64,000 nucleotides of DNA from a virus. Its lineage: Duplodnaviria; Caudoviricetes. The DNA lies in IMG/VR virus record IMGVR_UViG_2799112420_000002, positions 1,598 through 65,597 of that record. One strand, given 5' to 3'. Of the stretch, positions 15,917-25,257 are shown piece by piece (position 1 is the stretch's first letter; every line of letters begins with the position of its first letter). Made by a program: the position numbers and the translations under genes. The notes below the pieces were generated by a model, which worked only from the letters and a program-made list of their open reading frames with translations, was not told the DNA's origin and searched no databases.

Positions 15917-16323
15917 TGAAATACATAGCAGTCTTTGATATTCCTGATGATTATGGCATTGGATGCGCTTTGGCGAAGGTTTGCAAAAAGGACAAATACC
16001 CACGGTGCGACAGCGATTTTGAAAACGCTTATGCACAGGTAGAACCATTGTCAAACGTAAACGCAGAAGTCCTTGAACGGTTTAATACGGTGGATAGAGT
16101 GCTTGCAGATTTGGGGCTTCAGAATGCCTATGATATGCCGAGTTTCTGGTACAACAACGGGAAAGATTACAAGGTCATTGATACGAAGTACCACAAAGGA
16201 TATATGCAAGCATTGGCAGATGTGGAAAAGGAAATCAGATCACAATTTGGATTTGCGGAACGTGACAATGTTTTAGGCGGTTATTATCCGGCTGGCGATG
16301 TGCAACTTAAAGGCGGTGATTGA
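15916..16323 (+). CDS. Hypothetical protein
   Basis: Coupled ORF, 135 aa. Confidence 0.55.
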   Translation: MKYIAVFDIPDDYGIGCALAKVCKKDKYPRCDSDFENAYAQVEPLSNVNAEVLERFNTVDRVLADLGLQNAYDMPSFWYNNGKDYKVIDTKYHKGYMQALADVEKEIRSQFGFAERDNVLGGYYPAGDVQLKGGD

Positions 16324-16593
16324 ATGACAGAAAAATCGTTAAATAACTACTTTAGAAAATTTACAAAAAGCAGAGATGAAGCCTTTACACGGTTTGTACT
16401 TTATGATGATTGGGATGCTGTGCTGAAGCATTTCAAAAAGTACGGTCTGGATATACCGCCAAAGGAAAGAGAAACAGTAGCAAAAGCCGGAGTGTTAAAA
16501 GCTGTGCAAGAGTGTACAAAAATTCCGGTTGAAGTAAAAGCTGAAGCGGCAAAAAAGTGCATTTTGTTGGGATTCAGACCAACTATGTTCTAA
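16324..16593 (+). CDS. Hypothetical protein
   Basis: Coupled ORF with RBS GGCGGTGA. Confidence 0.55.
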   Translation: MTEKSLNNYFRKFTKSRDEAFTRFVLYDDWDAVLKHFKKYGLDIPPKERETVAKAGVLKAVQECTKIPVEVKAEAAKKCILLGFRPTMF

Positions 16594-16623
16594 TTTAAAG
16601 GCAACAATTCGAGCGAACTGGAA

Positions 16624-16833
16624 GTGATGAAAATGGCTAAATTGCCAGATGGTCATGTATTTATTTACAAACCGAAGCGAACAAAAATAGAAATTGAGGA
16701 GCATGAACTGGTTATGTGCAAGAACTGCAAGCATCGTGACCCGGAAGATCACAAATGCGACCATCATTGGCATGCATATAGTCCTCTTCCAGTTGATGAT
16801 GACTTCTGGTGTAGATATGGGGAGAAGAAGTAG
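16624..16833 (+). CDS. Small Cys-rich hypothetical protein
   Basis: VMCKNCKH...DDDFWCRYGE. Confidence 0.55.
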   Translation: MMKMAKLPDGHVFIYKPKRTKIEIEEHELVMCKNCKHRDPEDHKCDHHWHAYSPLPVDDDFWCRYGEKK

Positions 16834-16835
16834 AA

Positions 16836-17177
16836 ATGAAACTTGAAGCAGGAAAAGAAATGGACAGAAAATGTGTATTGGATTGGCTAAACGAAGTTTT
16901 TGTTACACCGAGTTTATCCTACAGCGAATATACAGACGAGGAAATAAGAATATTTGCACATGATGCGTTGGTTTTGCTGAAAGAGCAGGAAGCGGATAAA
17001 AACAAGTATGAATACAAATACGACCACACAGACTGCCTGTGGTATGGAAGTGGCAATTGCCCGTCAACGTGTTCTCAATATCGTGACGGATGGAATGATG
17101 CGATGGATTATATCTTTAAGGATGGAAAAGGATATCAACCGTATAGAAGGTCGGTGAAATTGGATGACAATGCTTGA
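16836..17177 (+). CDS. Hypothetical protein
   Basis: ORF 113 aa. Confidence 0.5.
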   Translation: MKLEAGKEMDRKCVLDWLNEVFVTPSLSYSEYTDEEIRIFAHDALVLLKEQEADKNKYEYKYDHTDCLWYGSGNCPSTCSQYRDGWNDAMDYIFKDGKGYQPYRRSVKLDDNA

Positions 17178-17331
17178 ATATCTCGAATTTCTTGATCAAG
17201 GATGTCCATATTCCAAGAATGGCAAATGCGAACTATGCAAGCAATTGTATATCCGATGCGATGGAGAAAGATTCATCAATTGCTATGAATTTGAACATTC
17301 AGAAATCGGGAAGGACGTGAAAGTGGAATGA
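17170..17331 (+). CDS. Small Cys-rich hypothetical protein (53 aa, below the ORF-track cutoff)
   Basis: MLEYLEFLDQGCPYSKNGKCELCK...; overlaps both neighbours. Confidence 0.45.
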   Translation: MLEYLEFLDQGCPYSKNGKCELCKQLYIRCDGERFINCYEFEHSEIGKDVKVE

Positions 17332-17777
17332 AGGGCAAACAGCTGGCATTCGACTCCGCATTGCAGGATCTGGACCGGTACGAGCTGGAGCAGGAAAAGC
17401 GGGAAACGGACGCGATCCGGGACCGGCTGGACACGAAATACGAACGTGCGGATTACTGGAAACTGCGGAACATGGAATACCCGGAGGGCAGTGTGGTGAT
17501 CATCGCGCAGAACCTTTTCCGGGACGGGCATTACAAATGGCACTTTTACCGGACGGTGATGACCTATCACCCGAAGGGCATGGAATCCTGCAGGGCATTC
17601 TTCGTGGAGGCCAGGAACGATGAATTCCCGGAGAGACCACCATGGGCAGATACGGTCGGGCATGAGGGCGAGCCGAGGGACATCGACTTTTATCCGAGCA
17701 TGATTCACTGGTTTACGGGCGAGGTTGTCGAGCCGGTAAAGACCTGGCACATGAAGGATTGGGAGAGATTTATATGA
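17328..17777 (+). CDS. Hypothetical protein
   Basis: Coupled ORF, 149 aa. Confidence 0.55.
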   Translation: MKGKQLAFDSALQDLDRYELEQEKRETDAIRDRLDTKYERADYWKLRNMEYPEGSVVIIAQNLFRDGHYKWHFYRTVMTYHPKGMESCRAFFVEARNDEFPERPPWADTVGHEGEPRDIDFYPSMIHWFTGEVVEPVKTWHMKDWERFI

Positions 17778-18106
17778 GCGAGCTGATCAGAAGGTTTGAG
17801 ACGGCCACGAAGTTAGCAGCGGCTGCGAAACGGGGACTGACGCAGATTCCGACGATGGACGCACAGGCGTTGTTGCTGATGCTCCATGGGATGACAAAGG
17901 TTTACTGTGCGGATACCAGCTGCAAGTTCAATAATGATAAAGGCGTATGCACACAAAAGAGCATTGCTCTCAGCTGGCATTCCGTTGTGACGGTCAATGA
18001 CGGTCGCCAGGAATTCAGCCGGTGCAAAACCTATGAGAAGTCCGAAGTGTTCGAGAAAATTGAGGAGTTCATGGCAGAACATCCGTTTATACCGGAGGGA
18101 AAATGA
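17774..18106 (+). CDS. Hypothetical protein with a Cys cluster
   Basis: CADTSCKFN..GVC. Confidence 0.55.
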   Translation: MSELIRRFETATKLAAAAKRGLTQIPTMDAQALLLMLHGMTKVYCADTSCKFNNDKGVCTQKSIALSWHSVVTVNDGRQEFSRCKTYEKSEVFEKIEEFMAEHPFIPEGK

Positions 18107-18360
18107 AAGCCAGTAAATGCGAAAAGTGTAGCTGTTTTGAGTGGTTACTTTCCTACTGGCGAGGAGAGAGCGGGGGAAGAATGAAAGGACGGCTGCGGAA
18201 AAAACTCCTGAAAAAAGCCTGGACGGAGATAGCCGTGAAACTCCCGGCAGTCCTTCCGACCAGGAAGATCAGAGAGCAATGGGTTTCGCTGAACGTCAAC
18301 TTCCTGATGAAGGACAGGCGAAACGCGAAACGGAGGAAGAAATCCGGAGGTGCCAAATGA
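18103..18360 (+). CDS. Basic hypothetical protein
   Basis: Coupled ORF; true start may be 18181. Confidence 0.45.
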   Translation: MKASKCEKCSCFEWLLSYWRGESGGRMKGRLRKKLLKKAWTEIAVKLPAVLPTRKIREQWVSLNVNFLMKDRRNAKRRKKSGGAK

Positions 18361-18656
18361 GTTTTATCCCGAACGACATACAGTGCTTCTGGTGCGGCGG
18401 GCACATGAAGCGCGGAACGTGCTTTTCGAGCTTTACCATAAACCATGTCACGTACTTCTGCGAAGACTGCGGAGCTGTTTCTCATTTCGCCGTGAACAAT
18501 GAAAGGACGATCAGCTCCGTCGAAGTCATGTACAAGACCAACAGCGAGAAGCCGGACAAGGTCCATGGAGGCACGACGATCCAGCTGGATCCAAAGAGAA
18601 AAAAGTCCTCGGGGGGGGGCAGTTGGAATTCTCCCGGGGCAAATGAGCATAGATGA
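18357..18656 (+). CDS. Zn-ribbon protein, possibly frameshifted at a G9 tract
   Basis: CFWCGG..CEDCG motifs; G9 at 18611-18619. Confidence 0.55.
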   Translation: MSFIPNDIQCFWCGGHMKRGTCFSSFTINHVTYFCEDCGAVSHFAVNNERTISSVEVMYKTNSEKPDKVHGGTTIQLDPKRKKSSGGGSWNSPGANEHR

Positions 18657-18676
18657 TTTTATAGGAGGGAAACACA

Positions 18677-19000
18677 ATGACGCTGGATGAGTACCAAAAA
18701 TACGCGAACCGGACCTGTAACCTGGGGCTGGATAAGCAGCAGATGCTGCAACACGCGCTCTTCGAGATGTGCAGCGAGCTGGGCGAGATCCACAGTTTTT
18801 TTCAAAAACAGTACCAGGGGCACAAGATCGACGAGTACGATCTGAAGCTCGAGGTTGGAGATCTGATGTGGGGAATCGCGGAATTCTGCTATGCCAACGA
18901 CTGGTCCATGGAAGAAATAGCGGAAATGAACATTGAGAAGCTGAAAAAGCGCTATCCGGAGGGATTCACCACCGAGAGATCTGTTCACAGGGAGGAGTAA
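18677..19000 (+). CDS. MazG-like nucleotide pyrophosphohydrolase
   Basis: EYQ..A.RT, ELGE, EVGDLMW, NIEKLKKRYPEGF. Confidence 0.88.
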   Translation: MTLDEYQKYANRTCNLGLDKQQMLQHALFEMCSELGEIHSFFQKQYQGHKIDEYDLKLEVGDLMWGIAEFCYANDWSMEEIAEMNIEKLKKRYPEGFTTERSVHREE

Positions 19001-19002
19001 CC

Positions 19003-19578
19003 ATGAAAAGGTCCATGAAGCAGCGAAGCTTTGGGAAAGGCGAAATGCCGAACATCGCGACTCAGTGCATGAAGGAGATCTACAACGGCCGGGACGTGAT
19101 CAATTTCCTGATTCAAAGAGGCAGCACAGATCCGATCAACGAGTGGTATGACATCCGGCGCTGGATCAAAAGCAACGATCCGACCAGCTACGCCAGCATA
19201 CCAATGAACCTGAGGCTGGAGCTGCCGGTGCATAATGATAATCCGGCAGAAGAAAAGAAGGAGGAAGTCAAAGTGGAGACCGTAGAAGAACCGACAGAGA
19301 ATTTCGAATCTGCCTTAGTGAAGAAGAAACCAGGAAGAAAGCCGAAGCAGAAGGAACCGATAGATGTTGCTGTGCAGTTAAAGCGCTACGATGAGCCGAA
19401 AATCATCTCCCGGGTCCATATCGACTCCGTAACCGGCAATGCAGCGAAATACGAATGGTGCGATGCCAAGATTAAGATCACGGCCAATGACGCATGCGGT
19501 GAAATGATCATCGACTACAGTGCACTCAAGGACATGCTGGAGGAGCTCCCGGAGGTTATAGACTTGCTCGGAAGGTGA
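19003..19578 (+). CDS. Hypothetical protein
   Basis: GGAGGAG RBS, 191 aa. Confidence 0.6.
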   Translation: MKRSMKQRSFGKGEMPNIATQCMKEIYNGRDVINFLIQRGSTDPINEWYDIRRWIKSNDPTSYASIPMNLRLELPVHNDNPAEEKKEEVKVETVEEPTENFESALVKKKPGRKPKQKEPIDVAVQLKRYDEPKIISRVHIDSVTGNAAKYEWCDAKIKITANDACGEMIIDYSALKDMLEELPEVIDLLGR

Positions 19579-19638
19579 TTTGGCACAATTTTGGCACACT
19601 TTTGTCCTATTGACAGCCGTTTTTTGGTGTGGTATGAT
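19579..19638 (+). promoter_or_regulatory. Putative late/packaging-operon promoter with 11-bp tandem repeats upstream
   Basis: TTTGGCACAAT and TTTGGCACACT (19579-19600); TTGACA (19610-19615), 17-bp spacer, TG-N-TATGAT (19633-19638). Confidence 0.7.
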
Positions 19639-19668
19639 ACACTCAAGGAAAGTTGTAAGAGAGTACCG

Positions 19669-19703
19669 AAACCGTCCTGCAGACCGCAGGGCGGTTTTCT
19701 TTT
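19669..19703 (+). terminator. Terminator-like hairpin just after the late promoter
   Basis: AAACCGTCCTGC-agacc-GCAGGGCGGTTT followed by TCTTTT. Confidence 0.6.
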
Positions 19704-19721
19704 GCAGCCGAGGAGGAAAAC

Positions 19722-20621
19722 ATGAATAAGCAGGAGATTGTCTACCTGCCGGTCAGCAAACTGAAGCCGTACAAGAACAATCCCCGGAAGATCTCAGCCC
19801 AGGCCGTGGACGCGGTGTGCCAGGCGATACATGACGTCGGCTTTAGGAGGCCGCTGGACGTCCGTCCGGATATGACGCTGATCAACGGTCACACCCGCCT
19901 TAAGGCCGCAAAGAAGCTCGGCCTGAAGGAAGTACCGTGCATAATCTGCACAGACCTGGACGATGAAAGGATCCGGAAGTGGCGGTTGGAGGATAACAAG
20001 ACCGGCGAATATTCATCCTGGGATGCCGACAAGCTGAAAGCAGAGATCGCGGACCTGGATTTCGGAAACGCGGATTTCTTCCCGTTCGACTTTGAAACAG
20101 ACACGGAGAAGAAAAAGCGCTGGGAAGAATCCAAGGCCCTGTGTGATCTGAAGGACCGGACAGCGCTCCACAAAGCCGGGGATCTGTATTATCAATCCCT
20201 GATGAAAGTGGGAAAGACCGGCCAGCCTCTGGCAGAGATCAAGAACAAGGGAAACACCTGGATGTTCGCAGACATGGCGCTGGAGTTTATCCGGGCTACG
20301 CTGGGAGAGAACCTGAGCGCGGGAGACTGGTGCATCGTCACAACACCCAGGCGGCGGCACAGTAACGGATTTCACTTTGCAACGGCCATCTGCCAGATCA
20401 TGGCAGACGCTCTGCAGATCCCGTTCTACAAAGACGCAGTTACCTGCATCAATCACAACCGGGTCAGTCCGATCTTCGAACTGAAGATCAACCCGCAGCA
20501 GAAGAACGTGATCCTCTACGATGATATTCTGACTACTGGCTGCACACTAAAGGCCACGAGGGACCTGCTGATCGAGGCGGGATACACAGTTGTTAATCTG
20601 ATCTCCGTCGACAATCACTGA
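19722..20621 (+). CDS. ParB/Srx-N domain fused to a type I phosphoribosyltransferase (ComF-like) domain
   Basis: LKPYKNNPR..GF..P..INGHTRL.AA N-domain; C-terminal PRPP-binding loop VILYDDILTTGCTL. Confidence 0.8.
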   Translation: MNKQEIVYLPVSKLKPYKNNPRKISAQAVDAVCQAIHDVGFRRPLDVRPDMTLINGHTRLKAAKKLGLKEVPCIICTDLDDERIRKWRLEDNKTGEYSSWDADKLKAEIADLDFGNADFFPFDFETDTEKKKRWEESKALCDLKDRTALHKAGDLYYQSLMKVGKTGQPLAEIKNKGNTWMFADMALEFIRATLGENLSAGDWCIVTTPRRRHSNGFHFATAICQIMADALQIPFYKDAVTCINHNRVSPIFELKINPQQKNVILYDDILTTGCTLKATRDLLIEAGYTVVNLISVDNH

Positions 20622-20635
20622 AGGAGGATGAGACC

Positions 20636-21214
20636 ATGGCAACAAAAAAGACAAGTCCTCCGGAAGAGGCAGGGAAGCCTGTCAAGAGGACGGTCAAGAA
20701 GCAGACGCCAAAGAAATCAACGGCTCCAGCGAAAAAGACGTCTCCGAAGAAGGAGCCAGTCAAGAAAACTGTCAAGAAGCCGGAAACGCCTCCAGTGGTG
20801 CAGAATGATAATCCGCAAGCGGATCAAAAGAAACCGCGCCCGAGGTCACCAAGGAACGGAGTGGAGCTGCCTATTGGTAAACCCTTCCAAGCAGGGGAAC
20901 AAGCGCGGGAACGGGGACGCAAGGGCGGGATCAGATCCGCACAGGTAAAGAAGGAGCGCAAGACGCTCCGGGAGGAGCTGCTGGCGCTGCTCCAGATCAC
21001 GTCCAAGGACTCAGAAGGTAAAGAGCACACCCAGCAGGAACATATCTCGGCAGCACTGATCAAAGAAGCCCGGAGCGGAAACGTCCGGGCTTTTGAAACA
21101 ATCCGGGACACGATAGGCGAAAAGGCACCGGAGCGGATTGAAGCCCAGGTGGCCGGACCGAAGTTCGAGAGCCTGGATGAAGCCTTCTCAAAGATGACCG
21201 GTGATGCGCAGTGA
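20636..21214 (+). CDS. Terminase small subunit (putative)
   Basis: Lys-rich N-terminus, RGRKGGIRSA, AFETIRDTIGEK; directly before terL. Confidence 0.75.
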   Translation: MATKKTSPPEEAGKPVKRTVKKQTPKKSTAPAKKTSPKKEPVKKTVKKPETPPVVQNDNPQADQKKPRPRSPRNGVELPIGKPFQAGEQARERGRKGGIRSAQVKKERKTLREELLALLQITSKDSEGKEHTQQEHISAALIKEARSGNVRAFETIRDTIGEKAPERIEAQVAGPKFESLDEAFSKMTGDAQ

Positions 21215-22455
21215 CAGAGCAAGAGAAAGCGGCATGGTTCATCCAGCACCCGGTTGCGTTATGCCATCAGCTCGGTTACAAGCAGATGACAGAAATGCAC
21301 GGCAGATGGATCGTGAACATGGTCAACGGCACCGAGGACATGACGCTGCAAGCTCACCGCGGATCCTATAAGACAACGTGCCTGGGGGTGGCCATCGCAT
21401 TGATGATGGTCCGATTCAGGGATAAGAACATTATCTTCCTGCGGAAAACAGACACGGACGTTATCGAGGTTATCAAGAATGTAGACCGGATTCTGAATGA
21501 GCCGGTTTTCAGGGAGATATGTGAGGCGTTGACGGGAAAGCCGCTTGAAGTGGTACGGTCCACGGCGAGCGAAATCGTCACCAACTACTACTGTGCACCC
21601 AGGGGAGCGCCGCAGCTCCTGGGCATTGGTATTTCCGGATCCCTGACCGGTAAACACGCCGATCGTGTGATCACGGACGATATTATCAATCTGAAGGACC
21701 GCGTCTCCCAGGCAGAACGGGAGCACACCAAGGCCGTATATCAGGAGCTGCAGAACGTCCGGAACCCTGGTGGTCGGATGATCAACACCGGGACGCCATG
21801 GCACAAGGATGACGCGTTTGCGCTGATGCCGCCCGCGGAGGTTTGGGACTATAAGCGGACCGGCATGCTGAGCGATGAAAAGATCGCTGAGCTTCGTCGG
21901 AGCATGACGCCGTCACTGTTTGCGGCCAACTACGAGCTTCGGCACATTGCGGAAGCCGGTGCACTGTTCACAAAGGCACCGGAATACTTCGATGACGAGG
22001 AGCTGATCCTGGACGGCATGAGCCATATCGACGCCGCCTACGGCGGTGAGGACAGCACAGCGTTCACCTGCGCAAAGCGGAAGGGAGACATGATCTACAT
22101 GTACGGTCGGATCTGGCACGGGCATGTGGACACGGTCATGGATCTGATCATCGCAGACGCGCAGCGCTTCCGCTGTTTTCCGATCTACTGCGAGCGGAAC
22201 GCTGACAAGGGATATCTCAAAAAAGAGCTGTTCCGTCGGGGAATCTTCTCTACCGGCTACGACGAGAAAGAAAACAAGTACGTTAAGATTGCAACGTTCC
22301 TCCGGAAATGGTGGCCGAACATTCTTTGGCACCCGCAGACAGACCCGGAGTACCTGGAAGAAATCCTGGATTATACGATTCAGGCCCAGCACGATGACGC
22401 GCCGGACAGCGCTGCTTGTGCTTGCAGAATCCTGGATAAAGGACTTTTTGGATAA
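21211..22455 (+). CDS. Terminase large subunit
   Basis: Walker A-like HRGSYKTT, Walker B VITDDI, NTGTPWH, nuclease HIDAAYGG and HDDAPDS. Confidence 0.92.
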   Translation: MTEQEKAAWFIQHPVALCHQLGYKQMTEMHGRWIVNMVNGTEDMTLQAHRGSYKTTCLGVAIALMMVRFRDKNIIFLRKTDTDVIEVIKNVDRILNEPVFREICEALTGKPLEVVRSTASEIVTNYYCAPRGAPQLLGIGISGSLTGKHADRVITDDIINLKDRVSQAEREHTKAVYQELQNVRNPGGRMINTGTPWHKDDAFALMPPAEVWDYKRTGMLSDEKIAELRRSMTPSLFAANYELRHIAEAGALFTKAPEYFDDEELILDGMSHIDAAYGGEDSTAFTCAKRKGDMIYMYGRIWHGHVDTVMDLIIADAQRFRCFPIYCERNADKGYLKKELFRRGIFSTGYDEKENKYVKIATFLRKWWPNILWHPQTDPEYLEEILDYTIQAQHDDAPDSAACACRILDKGLFG

Positions 22456-22470
22456 AGGAGAGTGAGCCGC

Positions 22471-25257
22471 ATGGCGAAAAAGCGCAGACCTGCAACAGGG
22501 ACCGTCCAGCAGACGGCTCCGCTGCAGAAAAAACAGACCCCAGAGATTCGCCGTGCGGTTGACGGCTTTATCAATACACTGGCCTACCTGGGAGAAGCGT
22601 CGGAACTGAATAAGGCAAACGACTACGAACGGCATTCGATCACACACGACTATGAAACGCTGACGGTTATGTACCGTGAAAACTGGCTCGCGAAACGGAT
22701 CATCGATACGCCTTGCGAGGATATGACCCGGGCATGGTACACAGTTTCCTCCGAGCTTGAACAGGATAAACTGGACGAGCTGGCAAAACTGGAAGCGAAG
22801 CACAATATCAAGCAGGAAGTCACGAACATGCTGCGCTGGGCGCGTCTGTACGGCGGCGCTGCGGCTGTGATGGTCATAAAAGGCCAGGAAGACATGCTGG
22901 ATCAGCCGATGGATTACGACACGCTGATGCCTGGTTGCTTCCGGGGCCTTATCGTTGTGGACCGGATCAGGGGCCTGTATCCGTCGCTGGAACTGGAAGA
23001 CGATATGGATGATCCTGAATTCGGTTATCCGCGATATTACGACGTTGTGCTGGACGATACAACCGGCGAGACGCTGCGGATCCATCACAGTCGGATGCTG
23101 ATGGCCAGAGGCCGGATGCTGCCGATTCAGGAAGAAATCAACGAAGAATACTGGGGAGCCAGTGAAATCGAGCACGTATACGAAGAGCTTCAGAAACGGA
23201 ACGCTACCAGCGCCAACATCGCGCAGCTGGTCTTCCAGGCGAACGTATCAGCCATGCGCATCGGAAACTTCGGCGAAGCGCTGGCGATGGGCACCGAGGA
23301 ACAGAAGCGCAAGGTGATGGAGTCCATCTTCAACGTGAACCGGATCAAAAACAGCTTCGGTCTCCTGCTGATGGGCAATGAAGACAGCTACGAACAGCAT
23401 CCGTACTCATTCGCCGGAATCGCGGAGGTTTACGAGTCCTTCATGATGGACATGGCCGGTGCGGCTGAGATCCCGGCCACAAAGCTGTTTGGTCGGTCGC
23501 CTCAGGGCATGAACGCTACCGGCGAGTCCGACATGAAGAACTATTATGAGATGCTGGCACAGCTGCAGGAGCGGAACCTCCGTCCCGCAATGGAGAAGCT
23601 GCTGCCGGTAATGGCCATGAGCCTCTGGGGCATGATTCCGGAAGACATGGAGATCGTGTTCGAACCTCTGATGACCACGACACCGGACCAAAGAGCGGAT
23701 ATCATGACCAAACAGGCCGGAGCGATCATCCAGGCGTTCAGCGCCGGATTGATCTCACAGAAAACAGCGCTGCTTGAGCTGCAGGAACAGGGCAAATCAA
23801 TCGGAGCCTGGACGAATATCACCGATGAGGACATTGAGAACGCCGACGATGAGGTTGACAGCGGTGAAGGGATGGAAGATCCGATGGGCATGATGGGCCC
23901 GGGAGGACCTGGAGCGGGTGGAATGCCTCCGGAAGGCGCTACACCGCCGGAAGAGGGACAACCGATGCCAGAGCAGCCGATGCCTGAGCAGGAAGAATCC
24001 CCGGAAGCCGAGCAGCCTGAACAGGATGAAGAAATAGATCTGGACAAGGTCCATGAGCTTAAAGAGCGGATCCATCGGATTCTCGAGGAAGGCAAGGAAG
24101 AAACCGAAGACGGCGGTCCCGGAAGCGGCCCAAGGCCCGGGTACCATAAAAACGGAACGAACCTGATTGAACGGGCGAAGTTCATCGCCAATCCGACGGC
24201 CGGGATGCCTGAAGTAAAGTCGGCTCCGCGGACAAAGGCCAGCGTGAACCAGGCAAACCGGGAGCGCGAGCAATGGTCAAATCTCACGCTGCATCAGAAG
24301 GTTGCCGGAAACGCCCAGCAGGAGCGGCACATGCGGAAGATGAAGCGCCAGGTCATGAAGGCCGCAGCCAAGGGTGATCTGGAAACGGCTCGCGCAATCG
24401 TGAAAAAGAACCGGCACTACTGGTCGAATGATCCGGAAAGCACCCAGAAGGTCCAGAGCGAAACCCTGAAGCGGCAGAGAGCTGTGAAAAGCGGATTTCT
24501 GAATGATCTGATCGGATCCGTGAAGCGCTTCCTCTCCGGAGACGCGGAATGGAACGAGGGAGATCATCCGCGTGGACAGCCCGGGAACGCTGGCCAGTTC
24601 GCACCGAAAGGCGGCGGCAGCTCAGAATCTTCGAAAAACGAAGAAAATTCGTCCTCTGGAACGGTTGCTAATAGTCCGCAAGCGGGATATAATAAAGCAG
24701 AGTCTCCGAAACAGTCTTTCACAAAGACGGTTGCGAAGAAATTCCGGGAGACGTTCCATGCTGCGAAGGCCGCAGTTGCAAAGGACCGTCCGCAGGATGC
24801 ATGGCGCGTAGACAGCACATACACGGATAACGATTACGAACACATGGACTGTTTCACAACACAAGGTGGATCAGCGGTCGCTGTCCATGATGGAGATATT
24901 GTCAGTGTGTGCGCAAACCCAAATGACAAGACAACCAGAGGGCGAGACCTTCTGTCTCATGCGGTTAGCATGGGTGGAAAGAAGCTGGATGCTTTCGGAA
25001 AGCTCTACGGCTTTTACATCAAAAACGGGTTCGAGCCCGTGAGCTGGTGCGAATTCGATGAGAACTACGCGCCGGATGGCTGGACAAAGGGCAGAGACGA
25101 TCCAGAACCGGTCATCTTCTTTAAATACACCGGCCGCAGCCGCGATGAGATTGCGAATGATTTCGGAAACGACCACTATGAGTACGTGAAGCGCGTCGAT
25201 GCCAGCGCGGATTATGACGCCGCAAAGGAAGTCAGAGACAAAAGCCTGAAAGGATGA
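22471..25257 (+). CDS. DUF1073-type portal protein with a ~440-aa C-terminal extension ending in a GNAT-like domain
   Basis: Portal core (YRENWLAKRIID, WARLYGG, IPATKLFG.SP.G.NATGESD), Pro/Glu linker, DGGPGSG and DAEW..HPRG..GQF motifs, GNAT-like LL.HA..GG..LD..GFY.K.GF. Confidence 0.85.
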   Translation: MAKKRRPATGTVQQTAPLQKKQTPEIRRAVDGFINTLAYLGEASELNKANDYERHSITHDYETLTVMYRENWLAKRIIDTPCEDMTRAWYTVSSELEQDKLDELAKLEAKHNIKQEVTNMLRWARLYGGAAAVMVIKGQEDMLDQPMDYDTLMPGCFRGLIVVDRIRGLYPSLELEDDMDDPEFGYPRYYDVVLDDTTGETLRIHHSRMLMARGRMLPIQEEINEEYWGASEIEHVYEELQKRNATSANIAQLVFQANVSAMRIGNFGEALAMGTEEQKRKVMESIFNVNRIKNSFGLLLMGNEDSYEQHPYSFAGIAEVYESFMMDMAGAAEIPATKLFGRSPQGMNATGESDMKNYYEMLAQLQERNLRPAMEKLLPVMAMSLWGMIPEDMEIVFEPLMTTTPDQRADIMTKQAGAIIQAFSAGLISQKTALLELQEQGKSIGAWTNITDEDIENADDEVDSGEGMEDPMGMMGPGGPGAGGMPPEGATPPEEGQPMPEQPMPEQEESPEAEQPEQDEEIDLDKVHELKERIHRILEEGKEETEDGGPGSGPRPGYHKNGTNLIERAKFIANPTAGMPEVKSAPRTKASVNQANREREQWSNLTLHQKVAGNAQQERHMRKMKRQVMKAAAKGDLETARAIVKKNRHYWSNDPESTQKVQSETLKRQRAVKSGFLNDLIGSVKRFLSGDAEWNEGDHPRGQPGNAGQFAPKGGGSSESSKNEENSSSGTVANSPQAGYNKAESPKQSFTKTVAKKFRETFHAAKAAVAKDRPQDAWRVDSTYTDNDYEHMDCFTTQGGSAVAVHDGDIVSVCANPNDKTTRGRDLLSHAVSMGGKKLDAFGKLYGFYIKNGFEPVSWCEFDENYAPDGWTKGRDDPEPVIFFKYTGRSRDEIANDFGNDHYEYVKRVDASADYDAAKEVRDKSLKG
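24665..24693 (+). promoter_or_regulatory. Promoter embedded in the portal coding sequence
   Basis: TTGCTA, 17-bp spacer, TATAAT. Spacer ATAGTCCGCAAGCGGGA matches the promoters at 32261 and 60568. Confidence 0.65.

Noticed and set aside
22471-25257. Anti-CBASS Acb1 (2H phosphodiesterase) domain in the portal extension
   Set aside because: No paired HxT/HxS motifs found; the C-terminal domain fits a GNAT pattern better.
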